A stretch of 64,000 nucleotides of DNA, taken from assembly GCA_963804165.1 (NCBI GenBank), contig CAWDPO010000035.1, forward strand, positions 160,001-224,000, read 5' to 3'. The position numbers and the translations under genes are program-made. Source of the DNA: an uncultured delta proteobacterium. GTDB lineage: Bacteria > Desulfobacterota > Binatia > UBA9968. The notes beneath the pieces were generated by a model. The model was not told the origin of the DNA. It worked only from the letters and a program-made list of their open reading frames with translations, and did no database searches. Shown piece after piece: positions 20,501 to 31,226 of this stretch; within the stretch, counting starts at the first letter, position 1; every line of letters starts with the position of its first letter.

Positions 20501-20785
20501 TTGCCGCAGCGCTTCTTCGAGAAAAAGATCGCTGCGCAATTCAAGCGGCGCGCCGTTGCTCTCGGCGTGTAGCCTTAGGGAGAGTTGGTAAAAGGTCAGG
20601 AGTTGAACATTGAGTAGCGACAGGCGACGCTCCCGGCTCAATAAAATTTTCAAGCGCCGGCGCAGCAAGTCGGACGGTGTAAGAATCAACAGCGGGGTAA
20701 GGAAGTCCGCTCTTTTGTGTTTCAAGATTTCTTCGACGAGAGCGTCTTCGAGATCGGGATGAAATGGCCCGAGAATGGTTTGCAT
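17537..20785 (-). CDS. addB: ATP-dependent helicase/nuclease subunit B with Fe-S staple nuclease domain
   Basis: ARCPFQF, RGRMDRID...IDYK and CGHCDAAAIC motifs; stop codon overlaps the addA start codon. Confidence 0.88.
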   Translation of the reverse strand: MQTILGPFHPDLEDALVEEILKHKRADFLTPLLILTPSDLLRRRLKILLSRERRLSLLNVQLLTFYQLSLRLHAESNGAPLELRSDLFLEEALRQIIRTRQSGAEPFAGIEDRAGGCAALWQTLRDLRDGLVDPAVALEALGEGHFSQRASERTSQLLVLLETFQHFCRQQKITDQSDLNRYATEQVPASSFLKQFHQIFYYGFYDLTQIQVDFFYAVARHYPTTLLFPLLAAKPSHEAWRFAEHFYERYVQGHNIESTPESETQIALPADARLFDDNKERRYSDFPKHWQCQIVDTFGIHDEIAVTAKEILRLVEDGKMQFHEIGVVARSLESYGQIVKDTFHKHRIPLAGTLEESLVQFPLTKAVILLLNLPAKDFLRGQVIDLLSSPYFQLQNIAGERSLPRPELWDLATRELAICKGAAEWRRLRRYNQHDLTLRQISADDEPRVIRIAAKQLTSLANIVETLVADLTQLPAQASWQEYAVAWKSLLKKYLGIAPATETTAPGVDSEPGAEILEVLDQLAGLDRVENRVALNDFAHTFQHWLERSSVTEDRRNRDGVMVLNATAARGLSFRALFVLGMNEGVFPRTIREDAFLRDRDRDVLERDLGYKVSQKLAAFDEEKLLFTLLVGAARERLYCSFQRSDDSGRVLAPSWYVEELNRALNDNGRQSETINIPRSMTEKAATPPFDRQDLLLPAELAIRLTLEAQDPTALIEACAALPNLYKQGRKVVAEVDQSSDRLLGYDGMVGKLDSYWKHFSERGLSPTALETYARCPFQFFARHVLGLEPLDRPEEVLGPSPAERGEIGHAILNSFYRALIDGGYFDGKATTLDVENTLLTVGAHVFADYEKDNPVGYPLAWDSLKDDLVQLLRQVIAQDLRELTQSGFTPVNLETGVTARLPADWPEPLNGLAIRGRMDRIDRNDTTLRVIDYKFKFGAKPATQDTNLLRAALRGERLQPPFYYMLAQRWAEEQHFKPSRPAIEADFYYIAARWAEGPLLSTSYDSAGLTDQIGAATKQTIAYLVDGVRQGRFFLNRGEYCGHCDAAAICRKNHPPSLWRADNDPVTEPHRALRRKDPEKL

Positions 20786-20932
20786 GATTTGTTAATTGGC
20801 TCGGATGAGCTGCAGACTCAAACTACCACGAAATATGAAAAAAGGTATCGTTTATAGCGCAAGCGCCGCCGCTGCGACAGCCCTGTGCACCGCGATTGCA
20901 AAAGCAAATACAAACTATTAAACCAACAGCCA

Positions 20933-22618
20933 ATGCGATCCGCCAAACCGAGCCGACTGCTTGTTGTTTTATTCCTCGTCATTCTGTCTTTTCGTGCCGA
21001 TGCTAACGACCTGACGCTCAAGTCGGGTGCCGGCCTCGTCATTGCCGATAGTGCATTGGCGAGCGCGGCTGGAATGGAGATTTTGCAACGCGGCGGCAAC
21101 GCCGTTGACGCCGCGATTGCGACGGCGTTTGCGCTTTCGGCGGTCGATCAAGCGTCCTCCGGCTTGGGCGGCGGCGGCTTCATGGTGATTTACCGCGCCA
21201 AAGATCAGAAGTCATTCGCTCTGGATTTTCGCGAAACCGCGCCGCGCGCATCGAGCAGAGAGCTATATATGAAAGACGGCAAGCCGGTGACATCGCTGAG
21301 CCTTACCGGCGCATTAGCCGTCGGCGTTCCGGGAGAAGTCGCCGGATTGATCGAGGCGCGCAAGCGCTTTGGGACTCTATCGCTCGCTGCGCTCGTCGCG
21401 CCGGCGATCAAGCTCGCGAGTGACGGTTTCCCCTTGGATGCGACGCTGCGAATTGCAATCGAGCGCCAGCAGTCCGCAATGAAGCGTTTTCCCGATCTTG
21501 GCCGCATTTTCATGCCCAACGGCGATGTGCCCAAGGAAGGCGATGTGATTCGCCAACCCGAATTGGCCGAAACGCTCAAAGCGATCGCGCGGCAAGGTTC
21601 TGAGATTTTTTACCAAGGGCGAATCGCTGAGGCGATGGTCTAGACGATTAAGACGAATGGCGGCGTAATGACGCTCGACGATCTTAAAAACTATCGAGCG
21701 GTGTGGCGCGAGCCCCTGATCGGCAAGTACCGAAATCGCACGATCGTGACTATGCCGCCGCCAAGCTCGGGCGGCGTGGCGCTTTTGGAGATGCTCAATA
21801 TTCTCGAAGGCTACAAGCTCGATGAGTTGCAGCACAACTCGCCGGCATATCTGCACTTGATCGCCGAGACCATGAAACACGCGTTTGCGGACCGAGCGCA
21901 GTTTCTCGGCGATCCGGATTTCGTTCATGTGCCGATCCGCAAGCTGACGTCGAAGGATTACGCGCTGTGGATGCGCGGCCGGATTTCCCCGGACAAGACT
22001 CAGGCGCCGAATTTTTATGGTTACTACAATTACGACGCCGAAAAGGGCGGCACCACACACTTCAGCGTGATCGACCGTTTTGGCAACGCCGTGGCTTGCA
22101 CGCAGTCGGTCAACACGCGCTTCGGTTCGAAGTTAATCGCGGCTCGCACCGGCATCGTCCTCAATAACGAAATGGACGATTTCGCCATCCACTCCGGAAT
22201 GGGTAACGTATACGGCTTGGTCGGCAACGAGGCGAACTCGCTCCAACCCAACAAGCGTCCGCTGAGCAGCATGTCGCCGACGATTATTTTGCGCGGCAAC
22301 CGACCCGAAGCTGGTCGTTGGAGCGGCAGGCGGGCCGCGCATCATCAGCGCAGCCTTACAGACAATCCTCAACATGCTGGATTTTCAAATGTCGGTGCGA
22401 GCGGCGGTCGAAGCGCCGCGCATTCATCACCAGTGGCTGCCGGACCGGTTAAGTTTCGAAGCTAAGATCGCCGATGAGGCAAGAAAGGGATTGGAACAGC
22501 GCGGACACGCGCTCAGGGAACAATCGCCCTCGGAGTGGTGCAAGCGATCACTTGGCAAGGCTCGACGATGAGCGGCGCGGCCGATCCGAGAAAGACGGAA
22601 AGAGCGCGGACGGAATAG
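20933..22618 (+). pseudogene. ggt: Gamma-glutamyltransferase with an in-frame TAG (21641-21643) and two frameshifts (near 22310 and 22530)
   Basis: GGNAVDAAIA, DFRETAP, PPPSSGG, catalytic TTHFSV, KRPLSSMSP and terminal GAADPR motifs distributed over several ORFs. Confidence 0.85.
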
Positions 22619-22668
22619 CCGGCGCGGCGATTTCGCGGAAATTTTATTTGGCTTGACTTGCTCAGTGA

Positions 22669-22992
22669 TCAGCGCCGTCCGAAGTGCCACCACGAACGCC
22701 GCCGCCGTTTCGGCCACAGGCGTAAGACGGATAGCAGCGCGCGTCCTAATTTCATCAACAGGCGGGCTGAGTTCAATAGTCTCTTGCTGAAGCCGGCAAT
22801 CAAAAAACTCGACAGGCCGGCGGTGAGAAGGGGATAGGAACGAATGAGTCGGCCAACAGCGAAAACCTTGCCCCCAATATTGAACGGCGAATGAATTCTA
22901 CGGTAAGCCACGGCTAATTCGAGGCGCTCCAAAGCGGCCTTTTCGATCAGCGCCTGTTTGCGGCGGGCGATGTCGTCGAAGCGTTTACTCAC
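22669..22992 (-). CDS. YqjK-like protein
   Basis: RRKQALIEKAALERLELA N-terminus; third gene of a DUF883-YqjE operon. Confidence 0.65.
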   Translation of the reverse strand: MSKRFDDIARRKQALIEKAALERLELAVAYRRIHSPFNIGGKVFAVGRLIRSYPLLTAGLSSFLIAGFSKRLLNSARLLMKLGRALLSVLRLWPKRRRRSWWHFGRR

Positions 22993-23395
22993 GGGTAGAG
23001 GCTCTCAGGTGATCGCGATCTTTGCCGAGCTCGGCCAAGGTGGCGGGAAAAAGACCAGGGCGGCGCAGGATCGCGCTGCGCAGCTTGATCGCAGCTCCTG
23101 CGCCGACGGCGAAATAGAGAAGCGCCAAGGCGCCGATGGCGGCGATCCAACCGTTTTGCCAAAACAATGCGACGATAAAGATCGTGAAGAGGATAAACCC
23201 GAAGGTGAAACCGAAGACGAGCAGGAAAGTGAGCACCAGAGTATGTTTGAGCCGCTCGCGCTCTTCTTCGAGTTCGGTGACGAACAGCTCCAGCCGTGTG
23301 TGCAGCGTCGAACTGAGAGCCGCGAGCACGGCTTTGATTGGCTGAAAGAAGCTCGACGAGCCTTCATGGCTCTGGTTGCTTCCTGGGTCGCTCAT
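22985..23395 (-). CDS. yqjE: YqjE-like membrane protein (holin-X family annotation)
   Basis: TRLELFVTELEEE and FPATLAELGKDR motifs; two TM segments. Confidence 0.8.
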   Translation of the reverse strand: MSDPGSNQSHEGSSSFFQPIKAVLAALSSTLHTRLELFVTELEEERERLKHTLVLTFLLVFGFTFGFILFTIFIVALFWQNGWIAAIGALALLYFAVGAGAAIKLRSAILRRPGLFPATLAELGKDRDHLRASTRE

Positions 23396-23404
23396 CGGCG
23401 CGAG

Positions 23405-23713
23405 CTACTTACCGCGAATGAGCAGGCCCAGCGCTAAGCCGACGGCGGCAGCAATGCCCACGGCGCTCCAAGGGTTTTCCCGCACGTAATCATCGGCAAT
23501 TTCGGCGCACTCTTTCGACTTCTTGACAAGAGTTTCTTCTGCGTCCGCCAACGCCTTCTTGCCTTCGATCAGGCTTTGTTCGATCTTCTGGCGCGCGACG
23601 GAGATTTTTTCGCCGGCCTGGCTGGCCGTCGCCTTGAGCAACTCTTCGGCATCGCCAACAAGCGTTCTCAAGTCGCCAACGAGTTTCTCTTTATTGGTAG
23701 ATTCACCGTCCAT
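23405..23713 (-). CDS. DUF883 / ElaB-YqjD family tail-anchored protein
   Basis: LVGDAEELLKAT and DDYVRENPWSAVGIAAAVGLALGLL motifs. Confidence 0.9.
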   Translation of the reverse strand: MDGESTNKEKLVGDLRTLVGDAEELLKATASQAGEKISVARQKIEQSLIEGKKALADAEETLVKKSKECAEIADDYVRENPWSAVGIAAAVGLALGLLIRGK

Positions 23714-23897
23714 ATTAAAATACCTCCGTGATCCGAGCTCTTTACCCTAGGTATGATAATCACCCATGCGCAGCTATTCAAGGTCATAATTCGGCTGCGC
23801 ATCCTTTTTTGATGCGAAGGTCGTCGGAGAAGTTGATTTACGCCTTTTAAATGCTAGGCGTTTTTTAGATCCGCAAGAGGGTGAGGGGAGTTTCGTA

Positions 23898-24929
23898 ATG
23901 TTTGTAATGAAGGATACCTATCGGTGGCGGTTCTTGGGCGCGCTCTTGGTTATAACTTTTATCGCGCCCCTGGTCGCTTGGGCTCAAGGAAGTCCAAACC
24001 AAAAGCTGGTCGAGGCCGCCAAGAAAGAAGGCGAGCTGGTTTATTACACGACCATGACCCTGGATCAGAGCAAAGTGGTCGTCGATCGTTTTGAGAAGAA
24101 GTATGGCGTGAAAGCCACGCTCTTTCGCACCGGCGGCGGGCCCTTGCTCAACAAGATCTTCACCGAAGCCCGCGGCGGCCGATTCGATTGGGACGTCGTC
24201 GTCGGCCGCGGCGAGATGGTGTTGCCCATGATCGAAAGAAAGCTCGTCGCGTCTTACCGGTCTCCGGAAAGCAAAATGATCGATGAGCAGCTGGTCGACA
24301 AGGAGGGTTATTGGACCGCTTATTACGTCAACAGTTATGTCCTGGGCTGGAACACCAAACTGGTCAGAAAACAGGACGTCCCCAAAACCTATGACGAGCT
24401 ATTAGACCCGAAATGGAAGGGCGGGCAAATTTCCGTCGATACCGAAGCCTACGGCATGTTGGAAGGGCTGAAACGAGTTTGGGGCAAGGAAAAGGCGGTC
24501 AATTACTTCAAACGGCTGGCGTCGCTGGAGCCGGTTCTAAAACGCGGTAATACCGAGCGCGTCCAACTTACCGTTGCCGGTGAATATCCGTTGATCATTG
24601 CGTACAACCAGACGATTCAGCGCATGAACTCGCGCGGCGCGCCGATTGACTGGCTGCCCCTCGAACCTTCGGTGACGCAGGTCAATCCGATCATGCTGGC
24701 CGCAAAGGCGCCGCATCCCAACGCGGCGCGGCTGTTCTACGATTTCGTCCTTTCCAAAGAAGGACAGGAGCTGCTGCGCGGGTTTCAGCGCATCCCGGTG
24801 CGCAAAGACGTCGAGCCCGACCCGCCGCGGCTTTTTCGCGGCTTTAAAATCGCCGTAGAGGATCCGGAAGATTACAAGGATTTCGATGCGTCGGTAAAGC
24901 AGTATCTGGAAATTTTTAAGTTGAGATAG
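23898..24929 (+). CDS. Extracellular solute-binding protein (Fe3+/thiamine-type ABC)
   Basis: AAKKEGELVYY, DLLDPKWKG-like and APHPNAARLF motifs; signal peptide. Confidence 0.85.
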   Translation: MFVMKDTYRWRFLGALLVITFIAPLVAWAQGSPNQKLVEAAKKEGELVYYTTMTLDQSKVVVDRFEKKYGVKATLFRTGGGPLLNKIFTEARGGRFDWDVVVGRGEMVLPMIERKLVASYRSPESKMIDEQLVDKEGYWTAYYVNSYVLGWNTKLVRKQDVPKTYDELLDPKWKGGQISVDTEAYGMLEGLKRVWGKEKAVNYFKRLASLEPVLKRGNTERVQLTVAGEYPLIIAYNQTIQRMNSRGAPIDWLPLEPSVTQVNPIMLAAKAPHPNAARLFYDFVLSKEGQELLRGFQRIPVRKDVEPDPPRLFRGFKIAVEDPEDYKDFDASVKQYLEIFKLR

Positions 24930-24932
24930 AAA

Positions 24933-24987
24933 GGCACGAGGCGTATGGCAAAAGGCGTGAGTGAGAATCGGTCCTCATGCCTCCCGC

Positions 24988-24990
<3 letters not shown>
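24933..24990. repeat. Heptamer-tandem (GGCGTGA-like) inverted repeat between convergent genes
   Basis: GGCACGA GGCGTAT GGCAAAA GGCGTGA followed by inverted CTCATGC CTCCCGC. Confidence 0.55.
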
Positions 24991-26289
<1,299 letters not shown>

Positions 26290-26292
26290 TCA

Positions 26293-26320
26293 GGCGTGAG
26301 GCGTGGGGCGTGAGGCGTGA
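26293..26320. repeat. Tandem heptamer (GGCGTGR)x4
   Basis: GGCGTGA GGCGTGG GGCGTGA GGCGTGA in the serA-purA spacer. Confidence 0.8.
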
Positions 26321-26378
26321 GTGGGGATAGGACGCGCCGTGTCCCTATAGCTAGGGCCTGTTGCCTGCTGACTCGTTC

Positions 26379-27962
26379 TCACAGTTTCACCAGGGTCGCC
26401 GAAACGATTTGCGGCAGCGCGCGCAGCTCATCGAGGGCTTTTTTGGTTACGGCTTCGTCGACGTGGGTAAACGAGATCGCGTTGCCGCCCTTTTCGCTGC
26501 GGCCCAATTCCATGCCGGCGATGTTCATGCCATTGTTGCCGAGGATGGTGCCGACGGCGCCGACGACTCCCGGAACATCTTTATTCTGCAGGACGAGTAT
26601 ATAACCTTCGGGCACCGCCTCCAGGTAAAAATTATTGACCCGCACGATGCGCGGATGCTTGGCGCCGAAGATCGCGCCTTCGACTTCAAGGGTTTCTTTG
26701 CCGCTCTTGGCCTTGACGGTGACCGAGCTGGCGAAGTCGCTCGCCTCTTCGCCTTTCGACTCGACGATCTTGATGCCGCGTTCCCGCGCCAATAGCGGCG
26801 CGTTTACGTAGTTCACCGCGAATTCCATCACCGGCGATAACAACCCCTTAAGCACGGCGAGTGTCAATGGCGCGACGTTGTATTGGGTCACATCGCCGCG
26901 ATACTCGACTTGAACTTCATCGGGCAGCGCGCCGACCATTTGCGTGTGCAAACTGCCGAGCTTTTCGCCAAGGGTTAAATACGGGCGCAGCACCGCCAAA
27001 AGCTCCGGGCTTACAGACGGCACGTTCACCGCGTAGCGGACAACGCCTTTGGCCAGAAAATCGACCATTTGTTCGGCCACCGCAATGGCGACATTCAGCT
27101 GTGCTTCGTCGGTTGATGCGCCCAAGTGCGGCGTGGTGATCACTTGATCGAGCTTGAGCAGCGGATGATCGGCCGCCGGCGGCTCATCGATGTAAACGTC
27201 GAGCGCCGCGCCGGCGACTTTGCCGGTTTTGATCGCGTCGGCAAGATCATGCTCGTCGACGATACCGCCGCGCGCGCAGTTGATGATCCGCACGCTGTTT
27301 TTCATTTTGGCAAACGCCGCTTTGTTAATCAGGCCTTGAGTATCCGGAGTCAAAGGCACGTGAACCGTGATGAAGTCCGACTTGGTGAAGATGTCGTCTA
27401 ACGTGCCGGGCTCTACGCCCATGCGCGCGATGTTTTCAGCGGCGATAAAGGGATCGTAGCCAATGACTTTCATTCTCAAGCCGGCTGCCCGCTCGGCGAC
27501 GATACGGCCGACGTTGCCGAGACCGATCACGCCGATGGTTTTATTGCACATTTCCACGCCGACGAATTTGTTGCGGTCCCACTTGCCGCTCTTGAGCGAG
27601 GCGACCGCTTGCGGAATATGACGCGCGAGCGCCATCATCAAAGCTATCGTGTGCTCGCCTGTGGTGACGTTGTTGCCGCCGGGCGTATTCATTACGACGA
27701 TGCCTTTTTTGGTCGCCGCGTCGGCATCGATGTTCTCATAACCCACGCCGGCGCGGCCGATCACCTTCAAACTCTTCGCCGCTTCGATGAGCTCGGCCGT
27801 AATTCTGGTGCCGCTACGAATCACCCAGCCGTCATACGCGCCACAGATCTTTTTTAACTCGTCGGGCTTCAGTCCGAGCTTGACGTCGACCTCGAAGCCC
27901 TCGGTGTTTTTAAACACCTCCAGACCTTCGGGCGCGAGAGAGTCGGTTACTAAGATTTTCAT
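26379..27962 (-). CDS. serA: D-3-phosphoglycerate dehydrogenase with C-terminal regulatory domains
   Basis: GRAGVG, GLGNVG, INCARGG and TPHLGAST motifs; C-terminal ACT domain (NKDVPGVVG...NIAGM). Confidence 0.96.
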   Translation of the reverse strand: MKILVTDSLAPEGLEVFKNTEGFEVDVKLGLKPDELKKICGAYDGWVIRSGTRITAELIEAAKSLKVIGRAGVGYENIDADAATKKGIVVMNTPGGNNVTTGEHTIALMMALARHIPQAVASLKSGKWDRNKFVGVEMCNKTIGVIGLGNVGRIVAERAAGLRMKVIGYDPFIAAENIARMGVEPGTLDDIFTKSDFITVHVPLTPDTQGLINKAAFAKMKNSVRIINCARGGIVDEHDLADAIKTGKVAGAALDVYIDEPPAADHPLLKLDQVITTPHLGASTDEAQLNVAIAVAEQMVDFLAKGVVRYAVNVPSVSPELLAVLRPYLTLGEKLGSLHTQMVGALPDEVQVEYRGDVTQYNVAPLTLAVLKGLLSPVMEFAVNYVNAPLLARERGIKIVESKGEEASDFASSVTVKAKSGKETLEVEGAIFGAKHPRIVRVNNFYLEAVPEGYILVLQNKDVPGVVGAVGTILGNNGMNIAGMELGRSEKGGNAISFTHVDEAVTKKALDELRALPQIVSATLVKL

Positions 27963-27992
27963 GTTGGGGCCACCGTTTTGTTCGTGCGCTGA

Positions 27993-28052
27993 GGATCGAC
28001 GATCGAAGATGGAGGATCGCGAGATCCTCAATGTCGATTCTCCATCCTCGAT
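27993..28052. repeat. Heptamer-tandem (GGATCGA-like) inverted repeat
   Basis: GGATCGA CGATCGA AGATGGA GGATCGC followed by inverted ATCCTC-containing units. Confidence 0.65.
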
Positions 28053-28054
28053 TT

Positions 28055-29197
28055 TTAGGCCAACGCTTCCATCAGGACTTCCTGCGCAGCCGCGACGCCC
28101 CGTCCGAAGGGAATCTCGGCGCCGAACTTTCTCAGTGCCATTTCCAGGGCCGCGATGGCGGTGATGACGTCGAAAGCGCCCATATAGCCGACATGAGCGA
28201 TGCGGATCGCCTTGCCTTTGAGCTGGTCTTGACCTTCGGCGAGCGTGACGTTCATTTTGTCGCGCAGATAGTCCAGCACCTCGTCTGCGTCGATCCCGTC
28301 GGGCAGATAGATACCGGTCGCAGCTGGACTCGGACTATCGGGCGCGAGTAATTTTAATCCCAGTGCAGTCGCCGCGGCGCGAGTAGCCCGACACAAACGC
28401 GCGTGCCGCGCGTAGACATTCTCCAGCCCCTCGCGCTCGAGCAGGTTCACCGACGCGCGCACGCCAAATATCAACGATACCGCGGGCGTGAAGGCGCCGG
28501 AGCCTTTTTGCTGGTTTTTGCGTTCGAGGTTGAGATCGAAATAAAAGCGCGGCAGCTTGGCTTTCTTGGTTTTCTCCCAAGCGCGGTCACTGAGCGCGAC
28601 GAAACCCAACCCCGGTGGCAGCATCAAAGCTTTTTGTGAGCCTGTCACCAGCGCGTCAATGCCCCATTCATCCATCATCAACGGCACGACGCCCACCGCG
28701 GTGACGCCGTCGACAAGAAACAGCGGGCCATTTTTTGTGAGCCTGGCGATGTCTTTCACCGGATGGAATACGGTGGTCGAAGTCTCGCTGGCCTGGATCA
28801 TCACGCCTTGCGTATCGGGGTTGGCTTTGAGCTCCCGCTCGACGTCGGCGACCTTCACCGCTTGGCCCCAAGCCACTTTCATTTCAACGGGATTCAACCC
28901 GTAGGCGTTGGCGATGTTGAGCCAGCGTTCGCCGAACTTGCCGCCGTTGATGATCAGGACTTTGTCACCGGGAGAAAACAGATTGGCGACCGAGGCCTCC
29001 ATCGCGCCGGTGCCGGAGGACGCCAGCATGAGAACGTCGTTTTTTGTGCCGAATAGTTTCTTGAGTCCGTCGCGTGCTTCATTGAAGATCTTGTTAAATT
29101 GCGGTGTGCGATGATGGATCATGGTCTCCGCCATCGCCAGAGCGACTTCGTTGGGGATCGGCGTCGGACCGGGTGAAAGGAGATATTGCTTGATCAT
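28055..29197 (-). CDS. Class V PLP aminotransferase (alanine/serine-glyoxylate family; probable phosphoserine aminotransferase role)
   Basis: LSPGPTP, SGTGAMEA, SETST and GSQKALMLPPG motifs; directly upstream of serA. Confidence 0.9.
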   Translation of the reverse strand: MIKQYLLSPGPTPIPNEVALAMAETMIHHRTPQFNKIFNEARDGLKKLFGTKNDVLMLASSGTGAMEASVANLFSPGDKVLIINGGKFGERWLNIANAYGLNPVEMKVAWGQAVKVADVERELKANPDTQGVMIQASETSTTVFHPVKDIARLTKNGPLFLVDGVTAVGVVPLMMDEWGIDALVTGSQKALMLPPGLGFVALSDRAWEKTKKAKLPRFYFDLNLERKNQQKGSGAFTPAVSLIFGVRASVNLLEREGLENVYARHARLCRATRAAATALGLKLLAPDSPSPAATGIYLPDGIDADEVLDYLRDKMNVTLAEGQDQLKGKAIRIAHVGYMGAFDVITAIAALEMALRKFGAEIPFGRGVAAAQEVLMEALA

Positions 29198-29279
29198 CTA
29201 AAATCCCGTCGCGATCAGGCCTCAGTGGAAAGAATCAATTTGCCAAAAGCTGCAGGCTGACAGCGAACTAGTTTGGCAA

Positions 29280-29317
29280 CAAAAAAGCCCGGACCTCTCT
29301 CGTTAAGAGACCCAGGC
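29280..29317 (-). terminator. Intrinsic terminator forming the riboswitch expression platform
   Basis: Minus strand GCCTGGGTCTCT-TAACG-AGAGAGGTCCGGGC-TTTTTT; its 5' arm overlaps the aptamer 3' end. Confidence 0.8.
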
Positions 29318-29381
29318 GTTCGGCCGTCTTACTGCTTTGCACTTCCTCGTGGTCAATTCCACGTTCGCCAGTCGCGCAAAA
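29311..29381 (-). ncRNA. ZMP/ZTP (pfl) riboswitch
   Basis: Minus strand TTTTGCGCGACTGGCGAACGTGG...CCACGAGGAAGTGCAAA-linker-GCCGAACGCCTGGG; conserved GACUGGCG and GCCG..CGCCUGGG elements with the GGCG/CGCC pseudoknot. Confidence 0.88.
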
Positions 29382-29392
29382 CTTACGCAAAA

Positions 29393-29421
29393 CTTCTATC
29401 TTGAAACCCCGGGGATGTCAA
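29393..29421 (-). promoter_or_regulatory. Sigma70-type promoter for the riboswitch leader
   Basis: Minus strand TTGACA-17 nt-TAGAAG, ending about 11 nt upstream of the aptamer. Confidence 0.65.
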
Positions 29422-29490
29422 CGCTTTCACTCGCGGCGCAATGCCCCGCCGCACGATTGCTAAGACGACATCGATCATGCAAATATCCGC

Positions 29491-30189
29491 ATGCTCATGG
29501 AACGCCTGATCCTTTTTGATATCGACGGCACGCTGACGCGCACGCAGAACGGCTATATTCCATTCAACGAAGCGATTCTTAAGACCTTCGGTGTCGACGG
29601 CGATATTCGCACGGTGGTGCCGGATGGCAATACCGATCCGTTGATCGTGCGCGATATCTTCACCAAGGCGAATGTGACGGTTGAATTCCCGGACGCGGTC
29701 TGGCGGCAATTCACCATCAATCTGAAGGATTGCTATCAAAGTCATGTGTTAAACGGTACGACGACGATCCAGTCTCTCCCGGGCGCTTCCGAATTGGTGC
29801 GAGTGCTCTCGGCGAGCGAGGATTACTGTCCGAGTGTTGTGACCGGTAACTTCGAATTCACTGCAGAGATCAAGTTGAAGGCAGCGGGTTTAGCGTCCTA
29901 CATTTGCCGCGGCGCCTATGCCAGCGATTCACATCATCGCCCCGATTTGCCGGCGATCGCGAAACGACGTTGGGAAGAGACGAGCGGACGGTCGCTTCAA
30001 TCAGAGCAGTGCGTCATCATCGGCGATACGCCGAAGGATTTGGAAGCGGCGCGGCAAAATCAAATGAGATGTATCCTTGTCGGCACCGGCCGTTTTCCGA
30101 TAGAAGAGTTGCTGTATTGGCAGCCGGATGGCTGTCTTGCGGACCTGACCGATACGGCTTCGGTCTTGTCGATGCTGGCAGGATTCTAG
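29491..30189 (+). CDS. HAD-superfamily hydrolase (phosphatase)
   Basis: FDIDGTL, VVTGN and IIGDTPKD motifs. Confidence 0.88.
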   Translation: MLMERLILFDIDGTLTRTQNGYIPFNEAILKTFGVDGDIRTVVPDGNTDPLIVRDIFTKANVTVEFPDAVWRQFTINLKDCYQSHVLNGTTTIQSLPGASELVRVLSASEDYCPSVVTGNFEFTAEIKLKAAGLASYICRGAYASDSHHRPDLPAIAKRRWEETSGRSLQSEQCVIIGDTPKDLEAARQNQMRCILVGTGRFPIEELLYWQPDGCLADLTDTASVLSMLAGF

Positions 30190-30200
30190 GAGGGAGAACC

Positions 30201-31205
30201 ATGCAATATCGAACGATCGGCAAAACGGGACTACGGGTTTCCGAAATCGGCTTTGGCTGCGGCAACAACGCGGTCTTGATGGTCAAGTCGCCGCATGAAG
30301 ATCAAGTCAAAGCGGTGCGCCACGCGCTCGATGCGGGAATCAACTTCTTCGATACCGCCTTTGCGTATGGCTTGGGCAAATCGGAAGAGAATCTCGGAAA
30401 AATTCTTAACGAGCTTGGCGCGCAGCCGGTCATTTCTACCAAGATCCGGCTGGAGTCTGACTCCGTCGGTGACGTCAAAGCCGCGACGATTCGCGCGGTG
30501 GAGGGCGGATTGGCCAGGCTCAATCGCGATCGAGTCGATTTTGTTCAACTCCATACCCGGGTGACGCTGGAGCGCGGGACGGGAAAGCGGTTCAGCCTAA
30601 CTCCGAAAGATGTGCTCGGTCCGAACGGCGTCATCGAAGGATTCAAAACCATGCGCGACCGCGGCAAGGTCGGTTTCTTCGGCTTCAGCGGTCTAGGCGA
30701 CCCTAAGGCGCTGCACGAGTTGGTCGATAGCGGGGAATTTCATGGATTTCAGTGCTACTACAATCTGCTCAATCCGAGCGCCGGCCACGCTGTACCGTCG
30801 GCATTCAGCCCGCTGGATTACGGGCAAATCCTCGACCGCGCCGCAGATCAAGGAATGGGAGCTTTCGTTATTCGCGTTCTGGCCGCGGGCGCGCTCACTG
30901 CGGATCCGAGCGCCGGGGGCGGCGGAAGCGGCCAAACGCTCTCGCCGGGGTCAGATTACCCCGTGGACCTGCAGCGCGCTGAAAAAGTGAAAACCGCGCT
31001 CGGAGTGGCCGGAAAGAATCTCACTCAAGCGGCAATTCGCTTTGCTCTGATGAATTCCAAAGTTTCCACCGTCCTCGTTGGCTTTTCGAACACGGCGCAT
31101 ATTGACGACGCGGTGGCGTGTTCTGGCGTGCCGGCGCTGTCTGAAGATCAGATGACAAGGATCAAGAAATTGTGGGAAGCGGATTTCGATAAATCGAACG
31201 GTTAG
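30201..31205 (+). CDS. Aldo/keto reductase
   Basis: GKTGLRVSEIGFG, GINFFDTAFAYG and ISTK motifs; RBS GGAGGGAG before ATG 30201. Confidence 0.9.
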   Translation: MQYRTIGKTGLRVSEIGFGCGNNAVLMVKSPHEDQVKAVRHALDAGINFFDTAFAYGLGKSEENLGKILNELGAQPVISTKIRLESDSVGDVKAATIRAVEGGLARLNRDRVDFVQLHTRVTLERGTGKRFSLTPKDVLGPNGVIEGFKTMRDRGKVGFFGFSGLGDPKALHELVDSGEFHGFQCYYNLLNPSAGHAVPSAFSPLDYGQILDRAADQGMGAFVIRVLAAGALTADPSAGGGGSGQTLSPGSDYPVDLQRAEKVKTALGVAGKNLTQAAIRFALMNSKVSTVLVGFSNTAHIDDAVACSGVPALSEDQMTRIKKLWEADFDKSNG

Positions 31206-31226
31206 ATTCCAGCGCGAGGTGATGTC

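Noticed and set aside
21641-21643. In-frame TAG in ggt as possible pyrrolysine or stop-codon read-through
   Set aside because: The same gene also has two frameshifts, the position is not catalytic, no pyl genes are in the window, and TAG ends many other genes here; error or decay is simpler.
22985-23395. Holin-family annotation suggesting a prophage
   Set aside because: It is the YqjE member of the ordinary DUF883-YqjE-YqjK operon; there are no phage genes nearby.
29904-30200. 99-aa N-terminal extension of the aldo/keto reductase in the ORF track
   Set aside because: It overlaps the HAD gene; a strong RBS and the family N-terminus place the start at 30201.
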